In this document: one piece after another, positions 18,454 through 27,485 of the stretch
How the letters are laid out: every line of letters begins with the position of its first letter
Numbering within the stretch: the stretch's first letter is position 1
Virus record (IMG/VR): IMGVR_UViG_3300042542_006078
From: a virus
Lineage: Duplodnaviria; Caudoviricetes
Length of the DNA stretch: 64,000 bases
Reading direction: 5' to 3' (one strand)
Made by a program: the position numbers and the translations under genes
The notes under the pieces: model-generated
Told to the model about the DNA's origin: nothing
The model's input: only the letters and a program-made list of their open reading frames with translations
Databases searched by the model: none

Positions 18454-19402
18454 TCTTACATTCGTACAATTTCTTGAAAATCGTGATCCTGAACTTTTCT
18501 CTCAAATCCTGACAGAGGCTCAATACGACGAATTTTTCAAGGATATGAGTGGCAGAGCTAGAAGAATTATTGGAAGTATTGGTGCTGCTTTGGCGTTAGG
18601 CAGTGCATCTCCTAAGCGTATGGATGTAGATTTAGCACCCAAACCAGCAATTGTTAGGTCTGCAACTAGCCCAGTTATTCAAGCTGTTATTGATCACATC
18701 AGACAAAAAACTGGATTGAACATCAACTTTAATGATGTTCAAATGATAAAACCGAGTGAAGCTATTTCTTCTGAATATGGAAAAGATTACGAAAAAGTGC
18801 GTGATATGTCAGCCAAGGCTTATGATTCTCCTGATAAAATTGGCGACTTGGAATTTCCTAGAACTCCTTCTGCTGCCGACATGAGGACCAGTGAATTAGA
18901 CAAACCTATTCCAGTTGTTTTTATGGACCCAAATAAGTATCCCGGTGCCGAACCGGGTAGTACAGGTTTTTGCTCTTCAATACCCGGTGGTCAAAAGTTT
19001 TGTGTTGTAAATAACCGTTCAAATTTGAGAACTTTGCGTCACGAATTATCTCATTCAACTCAAAACATGTTGTTCCAGTCGAGTCTTTCTAATGAAGATC
19101 CCGGCTTAAAATATCTCACTGATAGTGCTGAAATTGGTGTTCGTTTGGGTGAACTAAAGCGCAATTGGTACAAGAAAACAGGTGAGATATTGACGAAAGA
19201 AAATTTTGGGGAGGCTCTCAAGGATTTGATAATGAATCCAGAAAATTATAGTGTTGATGTACAAGACCTGAGGCAAGTTTATTTGCATTATTATCATAAT
19301 AATGATAAATCTAAATTACATGATTTTATTAGATTTATGGCTAGCCACATTGATACCGTTGTTAAAAATGATGGTGGCGATCAAAGAACAGCACAAGCTT
19401 AG
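18443..19402 (+). CDS. putative zincin metallopeptidase (HExxH) with capsid-targeting-like N-terminus
   Basis: TLRHELSHSTQ plus downstream AEIGVRLGEL; N-term MQTNLTFVQFLENRD. Confidence 0.6.
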   Translation: MQTNLTFVQFLENRDPELFSQILTEAQYDEFFKDMSGRARRIIGSIGAALALGSASPKRMDVDLAPKPAIVRSATSPVIQAVIDHIRQKTGLNINFNDVQMIKPSEAISSEYGKDYEKVRDMSAKAYDSPDKIGDLEFPRTPSAADMRTSELDKPIPVVFMDPNKYPGAEPGSTGFCSSIPGGQKFCVVNNRSNLRTLRHELSHSTQNMLFQSSLSNEDPGLKYLTDSAEIGVRLGELKRNWYKKTGEILTKENFGEALKDLIMNPENYSVDVQDLRQVYLHYYHNNDKSKLHDFIRFMASHIDTVVKNDGGDQRTAQA

Positions 19403-19492
19403 TGTCAACTACTCCCAAGATTTGATTTGTACTTTTTTTTTATGCAATTTTTGCATATAATTGATTCATCTTTCATTTAGATGGAGAAAGCA

Positions 19493-20047
19493 ATGTCAAA
19501 TCCTTGGAAAGCGCCAGATGAAATCATGCAATTGTTGTCATTAGTTAAGTCAAAGCATCATTCGCCAAGACTTGATGATTGTCGTATTGCCATTTGTCTT
19601 GATGAAGGCAAAGCTTTTGTAAAAAATAAGTGGAATCTTGGTAAACTTAGCAAGTTCAGCCCAACAGCAAAGCTTTATCAAAGGGAGAAGTATGACTTCT
19701 GTCTTATAGTCCCTTTGGAATTATGGTCATCAGCTTTGCAGCCTGATGCCAAAGAAGCCTATATTGATCTAATGCTCACAAGACTCGATATGGAATACAT
19801 TCCTGAAGTTATTGAGGAAAATGGCAAAAAAATAAAAGTGATTGATGAATTTGGCAGGATTCAGTATAGCAAAGTTCCCAAGACCGACAAAGAAGGTAAT
19901 ATAAAGTGGAAGGTTGACCCTCTTGATCTTGAGGTTTTTGCCAAGAATGTTCGTAAATATGGTTTATGGCAAGATGATTTGTTGGATATGAAAGAAGCCA
20001 TTCTTGCTGTTGACGGAGGAAAAGGTGTTCAAGTCAAAAATAATTGA
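19493..20047 (+). CDS. putative phage metallopeptidase-fold protein, apparently inactive
   Basis: YDFCLIVPLELWS..QPDAKEAYIDLML..DLEVFAKNVRKYGLW; the HExxH position reads DLMLTR. Confidence 0.5.
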   Translation: MSNPWKAPDEIMQLLSLVKSKHHSPRLDDCRIAICLDEGKAFVKNKWNLGKLSKFSPTAKLYQREKYDFCLIVPLELWSSALQPDAKEAYIDLMLTRLDMEYIPEVIEENGKKIKVIDEFGRIQYSKVPKTDKEGNIKWKVDPLDLEVFAKNVRKYGLWQDDLLDMKEAILAVDGGKGVQVKNN

Positions 20048-20456
20048 AATCGTTGTTTTGGGTTTGTGGTTGCTCATAGCTTTGGTTTTGATTTTTAGAT
20101 CTAAAGAATCAACTCAATTTGTTCCTCCAATAAGTGAGCAACCATCAAACCTTTTGTCAAAGAAATATGATGTCAAGAAGATAACTGTTATTGATGGAAA
20201 CACATTTGATTTGAGCATTAGAAATTCTCTTTCTGAAGATTTAATGGCAAGAATTTTGGGAGAAATTCCTCTCAAGGCCACTATTGATGCGAAGAAGAAG
20301 GTGATTGAATTATTGAACAAAGTAGAAAATCCAATTGTTTTTCTTGATAAGAAATTAGATAATGGCAAATGGATTATTGAAATAAGTTTTTCTTTGGAAG
20401 GTAAAGATATTCAATTAACTTCATGGATGAAAGAAAACAATCTTGTTTACAATTAA
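20004..20456 (+). CDS. membrane-anchored thermonuclease (SNase)-fold protein
   Basis: N-terminal TM helix, then VKKITVIDGNTFDL (SNase V..V.DGDT-like). Confidence 0.45.
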   Translation: MLLTEEKVFKSKIIEIVVLGLWLLIALVLIFRSKESTQFVPPISEQPSNLLSKKYDVKKITVIDGNTFDLSIRNSLSEDLMARILGEIPLKATIDAKKKVIELLNKVENPIVFLDKKLDNGKWIIEISFSLEGKDIQLTSWMKENNLVYN

Positions 20457-20468
20457 CTCTAATGCATT

Positions 20469-20657
20469 ATGGAACAAAATTTTATAATTAGATGTCACAA
20501 ATGTCGTTGGGCCAGACTTTCTACTGGCCTGACTGATGATCTCAAGGATTTGGCTGAAATTAAAAAGTGTGAAACATGTGGTTTTACTCGTACATTCAAG
20601 TGTCCTAGATGTGGTCTTCCTGCAAAGATGACAAGAATTAAGAGAAACAATGCATGA
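20469..20657 (+). CDS. small zinc-ribbon protein
   Basis: CHKC, CETC and CPRC motifs in 62 aa. Confidence 0.6.
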   Translation: MEQNFIIRCHKCRWARLSTGLTDDLKDLAEIKKCETCGFTRTFKCPRCGLPAKMTRIKRNNA

Positions 20658-21826
20658 ATCTGATAACCTCTTGTAGGCGTAATCCCGGTGATGGAGTTTT
20701 ACTGCCAAAAGAGATTTTACTCCTTCAGGCCAAGTTCAAGGTTTTCAAGAACAATAATCGTCCAAAGCCAGAAAACAAAAAGAAAATATTAATTGTGTGT
20801 TGTTTTTCTGAGTTTGGCTGTGAAACTATTGGTTTGATGTATTGCATACCAAAGATTATAGCCAATAATCCCGGTGCTTATGTTATATGTGCTGGATGGT
20901 ATGGAAGAGAATATTTATACAGGCATCTTGTTGACGAATTTTGGGAGATAGAACAAAGTTGCATGAATTTGCGTGAATATTCCAACGCATTTACCAACTC
21001 ATCAAAAAATATCAAAAGAATAGAAAAAAATCTTGAAGAACATGGTTCTGTTTTTGCCACTAATAAAATGGGTTATTTATGTGTTGTTAACACTTGTGAG
21101 TTGTGCAAAAAAACTTGGTGTGCTGCCGAGGTTGAGAAGGGATGTCCTAGTTGTTTTTCTGAGAATGTTGTAAGAGGATTTCTATCTGATATTTCACATC
21201 ATAGAAAATTTGCCGTCAATGTTCCAAGGCCTTCGATCAAGATGCAGTCAAAGGCGAGGGAATTACTGAAGCCTAATTCGGTTGGAATCTTTGCTAGGGG
21301 AAGAAAGATATACGGCAGGAATTTGAGTTCTGAATTTTATGTAAAGTTGATAAGTACACTTGAGGAAATGGGTTATAACCCAATATGGCTTGGAGAAAAA
21401 CAAAGTGTGCAGCCATGCCCAGTTGATCATATTGTTGATTTTAGCAGGATGGAAGAATCAAGGGATTTGGAATTAACTTTAGCTATAATGACAAATTTGC
21501 AATTTACGATTCAGTTTTGGACAGCATCTACTCGATTGGCAAGCATGATGGGCGTTCCTTGGATTCTTTTTGAGAGTCCTGATCAGATTGCTGGAAATGG
21601 CCAAGAAGGCAAAAGAATTGCTTTAACTACAGATTATAATAAGAAAAAGTTGGTTTTGGCTCATTATTTTAGTGTTGTTGAGAATCACGATCTTGCCTTG
21701 GATGTTTTGAAAAAGGCAATTAAAGAAATGAATGAAGATAATTGGGAAGACATATTGGGTTTGGTTGAAGATCAAGGAATAGTTTCCGAAATGGTACAAA
21801 AACAAAAAGAGTGGAGGAACATGTGA
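20654..21826 (+). CDS. GT-B-like glycosyltransferase-related protein with CxxC insert
   Basis: EFGCETIGL...WYGREYLY; VGIFARGRK; LEEMGYNPIWLGE; WTASTRLASMMGVPWILF resemble the GT9/GT-B architecture. Confidence 0.45.
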   Translation: MNLITSCRRNPGDGVLLPKEILLLQAKFKVFKNNNRPKPENKKKILIVCCFSEFGCETIGLMYCIPKIIANNPGAYVICAGWYGREYLYRHLVDEFWEIEQSCMNLREYSNAFTNSSKNIKRIEKNLEEHGSVFATNKMGYLCVVNTCELCKKTWCAAEVEKGCPSCFSENVVRGFLSDISHHRKFAVNVPRPSIKMQSKARELLKPNSVGIFARGRKIYGRNLSSEFYVKLISTLEEMGYNPIWLGEKQSVQPCPVDHIVDFSRMEESRDLELTLAIMTNLQFTIQFWTASTRLASMMGVPWILFESPDQIAGNGQEGKRIALTTDYNKKKLVLAHYFSVVENHDLALDVLKKAIKEMNEDNWEDILGLVEDQGIVSEMVQKQKEWRNM

Positions 21827-22977
21827 TTTCTGTAGTTGATTTTTTGAAGAGAGCCGCTGATCGAAATGGATTCATAAGGGATCGCTACGAAGAGAAGAAG
21901 ATTCCTACTGATTTCACAGGGATTAGTGTTCTTCCTTTCTTTGGCGACTTAAGAAATTTGACAGTTCTTTCTTCTTATCTTTTGCATCGTTACCGCAATG
22001 AGGTTAGAGGCTCAAAGTACTTTATAGTAGCATCGTGGCCGGGATTCCAAGGCCTTTTTCCTTACGCTGACGAGTATTGGTCATTGAACGATGATTCAAT
22101 AATAAGGAAATTTTATGAACGATCAGAAGGCATGAGAAACAAGTCAGATTTCTCATCAACCTTTATTCGCAATTTCAATGAATTCTTCAGGGATGTAATT
22201 GATGCCAACGAATTGCAAAAATATTATAAAAATGGCTTCACAAATCAATATTTTGAAAAGTTTACTGACACTAAGAGATTTTTGCCATTTATTCCCAGTT
22301 CAACAATTATAGGCAGAGATTTCAATAAGTTTTTAATGACAAAGTCGGGATACAAGGTTTTTATACATCCTTCAATTTACGGAAAATTTTGGCACAATGG
22401 AATAAGTGATAATGTAAAGGCAAACAAAGATTTTTATATTGGATTGGCTAAATTCCTTCTTAAGAAAAACATCACTCCTGTTATTTGGCAAAATTACTTG
22501 TCCTATGACATATCTGACGAGCTTGACGACAAATGTATTTATATTAAGGAAAATGATATTGTTAAAGTTTTGTCTGCAATGAGGTCTTCTGATTGTGTTT
22601 TGGATATATTTAATGGAATATCAAGACTTGCGATGATTGCTAGGAGTCCTTTTGTTTGTGTCGATGAAAGGTCTAGGTATTTTGGAACCAAAGAGTTAGA
22701 AATAGACAGTTTGAGCGGAAGCAAGATACCCAAGCAATATATTTTTTCGTTTTCTACTATCATAACAAGTGGCGATATTGGTTTGTGGACGAGTGATATT
22801 TATCAGACGATTTATCAAAAGATGGAATCGTTTCTTCCAGAACTAAATCGAGACGATTGGCCTTCTACTGCGGAATCTTATGAAAATGTGCCTTATGGAG
22901 AATTTGTGCAGCCGCAGAAGACCAAGAAATTAGGAACAAGGTTTATAAAGGTTTCGTCTGAAGACGAAATAAGATAG
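21811..22977 (+). CDS. GT-B-like protein, distant paralog of the upstream gene
   Basis: FFGDLRN..WPGFQGLF..ADEYWSL; VLDIFNGISRLAMIARSPFV parallel the upstream gene. Confidence 0.4.
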   Translation: MEEHVISVVDFLKRAADRNGFIRDRYEEKKIPTDFTGISVLPFFGDLRNLTVLSSYLLHRYRNEVRGSKYFIVASWPGFQGLFPYADEYWSLNDDSIIRKFYERSEGMRNKSDFSSTFIRNFNEFFRDVIDANELQKYYKNGFTNQYFEKFTDTKRFLPFIPSSTIIGRDFNKFLMTKSGYKVFIHPSIYGKFWHNGISDNVKANKDFYIGLAKFLLKKNITPVIWQNYLSYDISDELDDKCIYIKENDIVKVLSAMRSSDCVLDIFNGISRLAMIARSPFVCVDERSRYFGTKELEIDSLSGSKIPKQYIFSFSTIITSGDIGLWTSDIYQTIYQKMESFLPELNRDDWPSTAESYENVPYGEFVQPQKTKKLGTRFIKVSSEDEIR

Positions 22978-22988
22978 AGGACAAAAAA

Positions 22989-23276
22989 ATGGCTTGTAAA
23001 GTTGAATTGCGTGATCTTCCTTCTAATCCGAGTTGGTACGAGAAGGAGATTGCATTCAAAAAAATGTTCACTGCATTTAAGAAACAGGTTGCAGAAGCTG
23101 GAATTCTGCATGACTACAAGGCTAGGGAATTTTATGAAACTCCCGGCGAAGAGAGAAGAAGAAAGAAAAGAGAGGCCGAAAATGTGCGCCTAAAGGAAAA
23201 GTTGCGTGAGAACTTTCCTGAGAGACGCAAGCCCAAGAAGTCCGACAATAAGAAAGCAAAAACTAAAGGTGAATAA
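22989..23276 (+). CDS. rpsU: ribosomal protein bS21 homolog
   Basis: FKKMFTAFKKQVAEAGILHDYKAREFYETPGEERRRKKREA matches the bS21 signature. Confidence 0.85.
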   Translation: MACKVELRDLPSNPSWYEKEIAFKKMFTAFKKQVAEAGILHDYKAREFYETPGEERRRKKREAENVRLKEKLRENFPERRKPKKSDNKKAKTKGE

Positions 23277-23539
23277 TGACTGCTAAAAAAGGAACCATTA
23301 TGAGCTTGAGTGTCGATCTCGACATTCAGGAAAAAATGAAGGCTGTTGCTAAAAAAAGGAATATTAGTGTTTCTAAATTAATTCGTGATTTGGTTGAAAA
23401 GAATTTGCCAAATGTCGATGAAGATGTTGATGTCGTTGTATTCAAGGTTCCTGTTGAAATGAGAGTTTCTTCTGAAAGTCTAAAGCAATGGCTATCAGTT
23501 CGTGTTGATGCTGTAGTTAAGGCGCTTACCACTCCATAA
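23276..23539 (+). CDS. ribbon-helix-helix (CopG-like) DNA-binding protein
   Basis: TIMSLSV.LDIQEKMKAVAKKRNISVSKLIRDLVEK. Confidence 0.75.
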   Translation: MTAKKGTIMSLSVDLDIQEKMKAVAKKRNISVSKLIRDLVEKNLPNVDEDVDVVVFKVPVEMRVSSESLKQWLSVRVDAVVKALTTP

Positions 23540-23561
23540 TAAGAGGCAGTTAAATTCCGTC

Positions 23562-24074
23562 ATGACTCAATCAAGCATGAAATTTTCCGACCCGTTAAAA
23601 ATAGTCGCAGTCGCAGATATTCCAAAGGCCATGGATGTGCCTTTGGATAATCTAATGGCGATTTTTCGATTGTGTAATAAAATGGAAAAAATCTGCGACG
23701 AAAATAATGGCATAGGACTGTCCGCAAACCAATTGGGCATTCCTTGGAAATTATTTATTGTAAAAAGAAACAGGACTTTTGAATATTATTTGAATTGCGA
23801 TTATATCGGAGAAGGCGAAAAGATGAGATCAGTTGAAGGATGCCTTTCTCTAAGAAGCGAATCTGGTGAATTTAGAAGATTTGAAGTTGAGCGTTTTTCC
23901 AAAATAAAGCTTAATGGCAAACAGTTGATTATATCTGGAATGCCTTCTTTGGTTTTGCACGATGTCAGCAGGCAAGAAAAAGATTTGTTTGCAGTTGTTT
24001 TTCAGCATGAAATCGATCATGGTTCTGATAAACTAATTTCGGATATTGGGAAAGAAGTTGAAATTTCTGATTGA
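23562..24074 (+). CDS. def: peptide deformylase
   Basis: All three PDF motifs present: GIGLSANQLG, EGCLS, QHEIDH. Confidence 0.92.
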   Translation: MTQSSMKFSDPLKIVAVADIPKAMDVPLDNLMAIFRLCNKMEKICDENNGIGLSANQLGIPWKLFIVKRNRTFEYYLNCDYIGEGEKMRSVEGCLSLRSESGEFRRFEVERFSKIKLNGKQLIISGMPSLVLHDVSRQEKDLFAVVFQHEIDHGSDKLISDIGKEVEISD

Positions 24075-24094
24075 AATCTCGGAGTGAATGAGCG

Positions 24095-24373
24095 ATGTTG
24101 AGTTTGAAGCAGCTAAAGGATGTTTGTCTTGTTGACGATGTAACACATCGTCGCTGCCGCTATTTGTCACAGGACGACAACGATAGAAACAAATTTTATT
24201 GCATGAAAATTTCTGCCAAAGCCGAAAAGATTGATGAAGAAATTGACTCGTATGTGCATTCAATGCACATGAAAGGCAAGAATATTCATGCCGACAATCT
24301 GCCTTTGGGAGATAATTGTGGTGGCTATCCATTGCTCAGGCATATCGAGCAAGGTTACGATCAAAAAAATTAA
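24095..24373 (+). CDS. hypothetical Cys-containing protein
   Basis: 92-aa ORF with CRY, YCMK and NCGGY. Confidence 0.55.
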   Translation: MLSLKQLKDVCLVDDVTHRRCRYLSQDDNDRNKFYCMKISAKAEKIDEEIDSYVHSMHMKGKNIHADNLPLGDNCGGYPLLRHIEQGYDQKN

Positions 24374-24861
24374 TTTGATTGAAGTCTTTGCTTAATTAAT
24401 TCATAGATGTCTTTTGCTCTATTCTCTTCGGCAGCAATAGACAATATTTCGGTTTCAAATTTCGGGCTGTTAAAACGGGCAATTTCTCTTGCCATGAGTT
24501 CGCCAGTCTTTTCGCTCTTAATTGCCCTGTCACGATAATAGAATAAAAACATACCGACGACAACTATTGCGAATACAAAAATTAATGCACCATCTCCTTG
24601 AATTATTTGAATTCCTGTATTTTCATTGCGTGAAATTGCAGAGTTGATGTTCACCAAGCCGCTTTGAATTTCTTTGAGTTTACTGTTATTGACTTCCATT
24701 TCTTGACGCAATTTACCAATTTCAGCCATTATACCATTTTGATTTGTTCGTATATCCTCTATTTTACCGCTTTTATTTTCAATCTTTGGATTATTCCGTG
24801 GATTGAAGTTTGCACATCCTGACAAAAATATCAGAGCGATCAAAAAAATGAATTTTTTCAT
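24370..24861 (-). CDS. lipoprotein with coiled coil and C-terminal TM helix (unimolecular spanin-like)
   Basis: Lipobox LSG-C16, heptad region, TM ALIFVFAIVVVGMFLFYY, cytoplasmic tail. Confidence 0.55.
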   Translation of the reverse strand: MKKFIFLIALIFLSGCANFNPRNNPKIENKSGKIEDIRTNQNGIMAEIGKLRQEMEVNNSKLKEIQSGLVNINSAISRNENTGIQIIQGDGALIFVFAIVVVGMFLFYYRDRAIKSEKTGELMAREIARFNSPKFETEILSIAAEENRAKDIYELIKQRLQSN

Positions 24862-24976
24862 GTTAATTCTCCATTTTATGTATCGTCATGTAAGGGTTTT
24901 TATGATATTTGGATGGTAGTTGAAAAGATTTTTTACTTTGGCACGATAACGGGGTACTTGTCATTTTGGATGGGTA

Positions 24977-24997
24977 AAGCAATCCGTCACAAGATGG
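24977..24997 (+). promoter_or_regulatory. degenerate CRISPR-repeat-like hairpin in 5' UTR
   Basis: AAGCAAT-CCGTC-ACAA-GATGG, ends 16 nt before ATG 25014. Confidence 0.4.
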
Positions 24998-25013
24998 AAG
25001 TATAGAGGTAATC

Positions 25014-25508
25014 ATGAGCAAGGATGTTCTTATGTTTCCTTTTAATTCACGCAATGAGTCATCAAAAGTTGTCCACAGCTTGCTTGATGGGCTTGTGGAT
25101 TATTCTGAGTCATCAAAAGATGATGATCTTGTCAACAATCAAATTGTCGAAGAATTTAAGCAGAATGCAAAAAATTTGGCTATAAAGTATGCCTCTGAGT
25201 ATTTCAAAGGCAAGAGTCTTTATGTTGGCGGCAAAATTACGGAACAGATTTTGATTAACGATAAAATAATTTCCACCATACTGAACTCAGATATGTTGAG
25301 CAGCATCGACAAAGCGCATGGTGGCATAAATGGTAACGAGGACTTGGTTTTCAAGACAAGTCTTGATGGTGTTGATGGTGGGGCAAAAATGATCATTGAT
25401 ATTTTGAATGATATTTCACTATCCCCTTTTCGCATACCCAAGGAATTCGCTGGTGGCATTTTGTTGTTGCATTTAGAATTAGTTGAGGGGGTTGTTTTTG
25501 AATCGTGA
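25014..25508 (+). CDS. hypothetical protein
   Basis: GAGG SD; 164 aa. Confidence 0.65.
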   Translation: MSKDVLMFPFNSRNESSKVVHSLLDGLVDYSESSKDDDLVNNQIVEEFKQNAKNLAIKYASEYFKGKSLYVGGKITEQILINDKIISTILNSDMLSSIDKAHGGINGNEDLVFKTSLDGVDGGAKMIIDILNDISLSPFRIPKEFAGGILLLHLELVEGVVFES

Positions 25509-25812
25509 CTTATTGCTTCTCAGCAGAGAATTTGACAATTATCAGCTTCCAAAGGAAAAGAAATACCTCCTGAATTATTTTGATTCGGTTATTCAGGAGG
25601 CATTTCTCAAATATTATTTTGTATTTCATGATTTTAAGAATTTCACGGATCATACTGGTATTTCTGTTCAGCCAAAGTGGTTGAAGAATTTGCATGAAAA
25701 ATTGCAAATTATTGAAAAAGCCCACAAAGAAGCAAAATTAAATTTTGATATGGCTGGTGTTTTAGAAATAGAAAATGGAAATTATAAATTTAACAAGCAT
25801 CGTAGTAAATAA
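25483..25812 (+). CDS. hypothetical protein (start uncertain)
   Basis: Fills the gap in an operon-like run; codon style typical of the window. Confidence 0.5.
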   Translation: MRGLFLNRDLLLLSREFDNYQLPKEKKYLLNYFDSVIQEAFLKYYFVFHDFKNFTDHTGISVQPKWLKNLHEKLQIIEKAHKEAKLNFDMAGVLEIENGNYKFNKHRSK

Positions 25813-25815
25813 TTT

Positions 25816-26046
25816 ATGGCACTTATATCATTCAAAGACTGGCGTAATAAATTTGACGAGGCTAGTCCCACAACTCGTTTGAGGGATGAGATCATGAGGG
25901 GCAATCACCCCATGTCAGCCGGTGTTGCGATGTCAAGATCAACTCCACATCCTGAATTTGTTAAGAAGGCAATTAAGGAATTTGGCACACCAGATCATCC
26001 TAAGAAAAAACGAAAAAGTAAGCGCAAAAAGAAAAAAGGTCAATAA
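25816..26046 (+). CDS. small basic protein with capsid-targeting-like N-terminus
   Basis: MALISFKDWRNKFDEA; K/R-rich tail; TAAATA 4 nt upstream. Confidence 0.65.
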   Translation: MALISFKDWRNKFDEASPTTRLRDEIMRGNHPMSAGVAMSRSTPHPEFVKKAIKEFGTPDHPKKKRKSKRKKKKGQ

Positions 26047-26456
26047 TGCTGTCTTTTCACGAATGGAGAGCAAAAAGGCTTGATGAAGCTGCCAAAAAAG
26101 GTAAGCCAAAAAAGGCTCCTGTGGCAAGGCATGACATTGAAACATGGCTTAAGGAAATAGAAAGTCTTAAGAAAGACCTAGAAGAACTTAAAAAAGCCAA
26201 GAAAATAGCCGCTCAAAAACTCGCTAGACTGGCAGATATTGAAAAGCTTGATTCTAAGAAACCCGATTCTAAGAAACCCGATTCTAAGAAACCCGATTCT
26301 AAGAAACCCGATTCTAAGAAACCTGATTCTAAGAAACCTGATTCTAAGAAACCTGATTCTAAGAAACCTCTTAAAAAATATGTTTCTAAGAAGATTAAGA
26401 AAAAAGGCGACACAAGATTAAAAAATCCGTCAGAAATTGACAAAGAGAAAAAATGA
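26046..26456 (+). CDS. Lys-rich protein with (DSKKP)8 repeat and capsid-targeting-like N-terminus
   Basis: MLSFHEWRAKRLDEA; TAATG stop/start coupling. Confidence 0.7.
   Translation: MLSFHEWRAKRLDEAAKKGKPKKAPVARHDIETWLKEIESLKKDLEELKKAKKIAAQKLARLADIEKLDSKKPDSKKPDSKKPDSKKPDSKKPDSKKPDSKKPDSKKPLKKYVSKKIKKKGDTRLKNPSEIDKEKK
26250..26369 (+). repeat. 15-bp tandem repeat x8
   Basis: GATTCTAAGAAACC(C/T): four CCC copies, then four CCT copies. Confidence 0.95.
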
Positions 26457-26545
26457 TGATTATTGCAAATGCGTATAATGTCTAAGATAACCAACGCTTG
26501 TTAGAAAGAAGATACTCTCTAAGAGCGAAAATAAGGGGCTATCTT

Positions 26546-27007
26546 ATGTCAGAAGAATCTAGAATATCATCACAAGAAGATATAATTAACGATGTTGAAA
26601 AACAGAGTTTGAAAAATGCTCGGGAAGTTCATGGTAGTATTTCCATAATTCAAGCAGAACAAGAAACATATGTGATTGCAGTCGCAATTTGCTTAGATAA
26701 AAGCAAGAATTTTATCAATAAAATTAATTGCAAGCGTGGAGTACCCATTCAGGGTTATGTCTACGATGCCCAATCAGACAGTTACTTTTTAGAATGTAGT
26801 GATTTCTTGCATATTGGAATTATACCTGCATCATTTGTTGCAACATTCAAAAACTATAGTGGCTGGAAAATGTTTGTCCCAATGCCAGAAAGTGTAATTA
26901 AAAGGCACCTGAATGATTCTCAAAAGAAAGATTTGAAACAATTTAAGAATCATTTCAAGGCTGATGAATTCATTATAAATTTTATTCAAATGGTAAATCC
27001 AAATTAA
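26546..27007 (+). CDS. hypothetical protein
   Basis: AAGGGG SD-like sequence before ATG 26546. Confidence 0.6.
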   Translation: MSEESRISSQEDIINDVEKQSLKNAREVHGSISIIQAEQETYVIAVAICLDKSKNFINKINCKRGVPIQGYVYDAQSDSYFLECSDFLHIGIIPASFVATFKNYSGWKMFVPMPESVIKRHLNDSQKKDLKQFKNHFKADEFIINFIQMVNPN

Positions 27008-27031
27008 TTCCTCAATAAAATTCCAAAAAAT

Positions 27032-27481
27032 ATGAATTGCTTCCAGAAAAAAAATCTGCAAGAGAAAATAGAAAACCATGATTATTGGATGACCATGGCT
27101 TTTATGTTTGCTGTAAAATCTAAAACCAACCGTGCTTGCGTATTAGTCAACAATGCTAATAGATTGATATCTTATGGCATTGAAAATCCCCCTGAGTTTG
27201 CGGAATCAACCAAAATATTGATTCCAGCAGAAATACAAGCGATTATTGGATGCAAGAACGAAATCATAAATGCTAATCTTTATATAACCAGCCCTCCAAC
27301 TAGGGATTCTGCAATGACCATAATTGCATGTACGGGAATAAAATCTGTTTATTACTACCCAAAAGAAAACATAGATTTGGATGCAAAAAATAAAATACAA
27401 TGCGTCTTTGTAGATGTAAATGAATTGGAAACTAATTTGAATTGGACAAGAGATTATTTTGATTCCTTAGAACATAAATAA
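27032..27481 (+). CDS. dCMP-deaminase-fold protein lacking Zn ligands
   Basis: DYWMTMAFMFAVKS..ACVLVN..RLISYG..PAEIQAII...NLYITSPPTRDSAMTII..GIKSVYY; HAE is PAE and PCxxC is PTRDS. Confidence 0.65.
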   Translation: MNCFQKKNLQEKIENHDYWMTMAFMFAVKSKTNRACVLVNNANRLISYGIENPPEFAESTKILIPAEIQAIIGCKNEIINANLYITSPPTRDSAMTIIACTGIKSVYYYPKENIDLDAKNKIQCVFVDVNELETNLNWTRDYFDSLEHK

Positions 27482-27485
27482 TTCC

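Noticed and set aside
23551-23564. TAAATTCCGTC half-site before the def ATG
   Set aside because: No 3' arm, so it cannot form the repeat hairpin.
26423-26443. AAATCCGTC-AGAAATT-GACAA resembling the repeat
   Set aside because: Inside a CDS (KNPSEIDK), and GG to AA breaks two stem pairs; not counted in the hairpin family.
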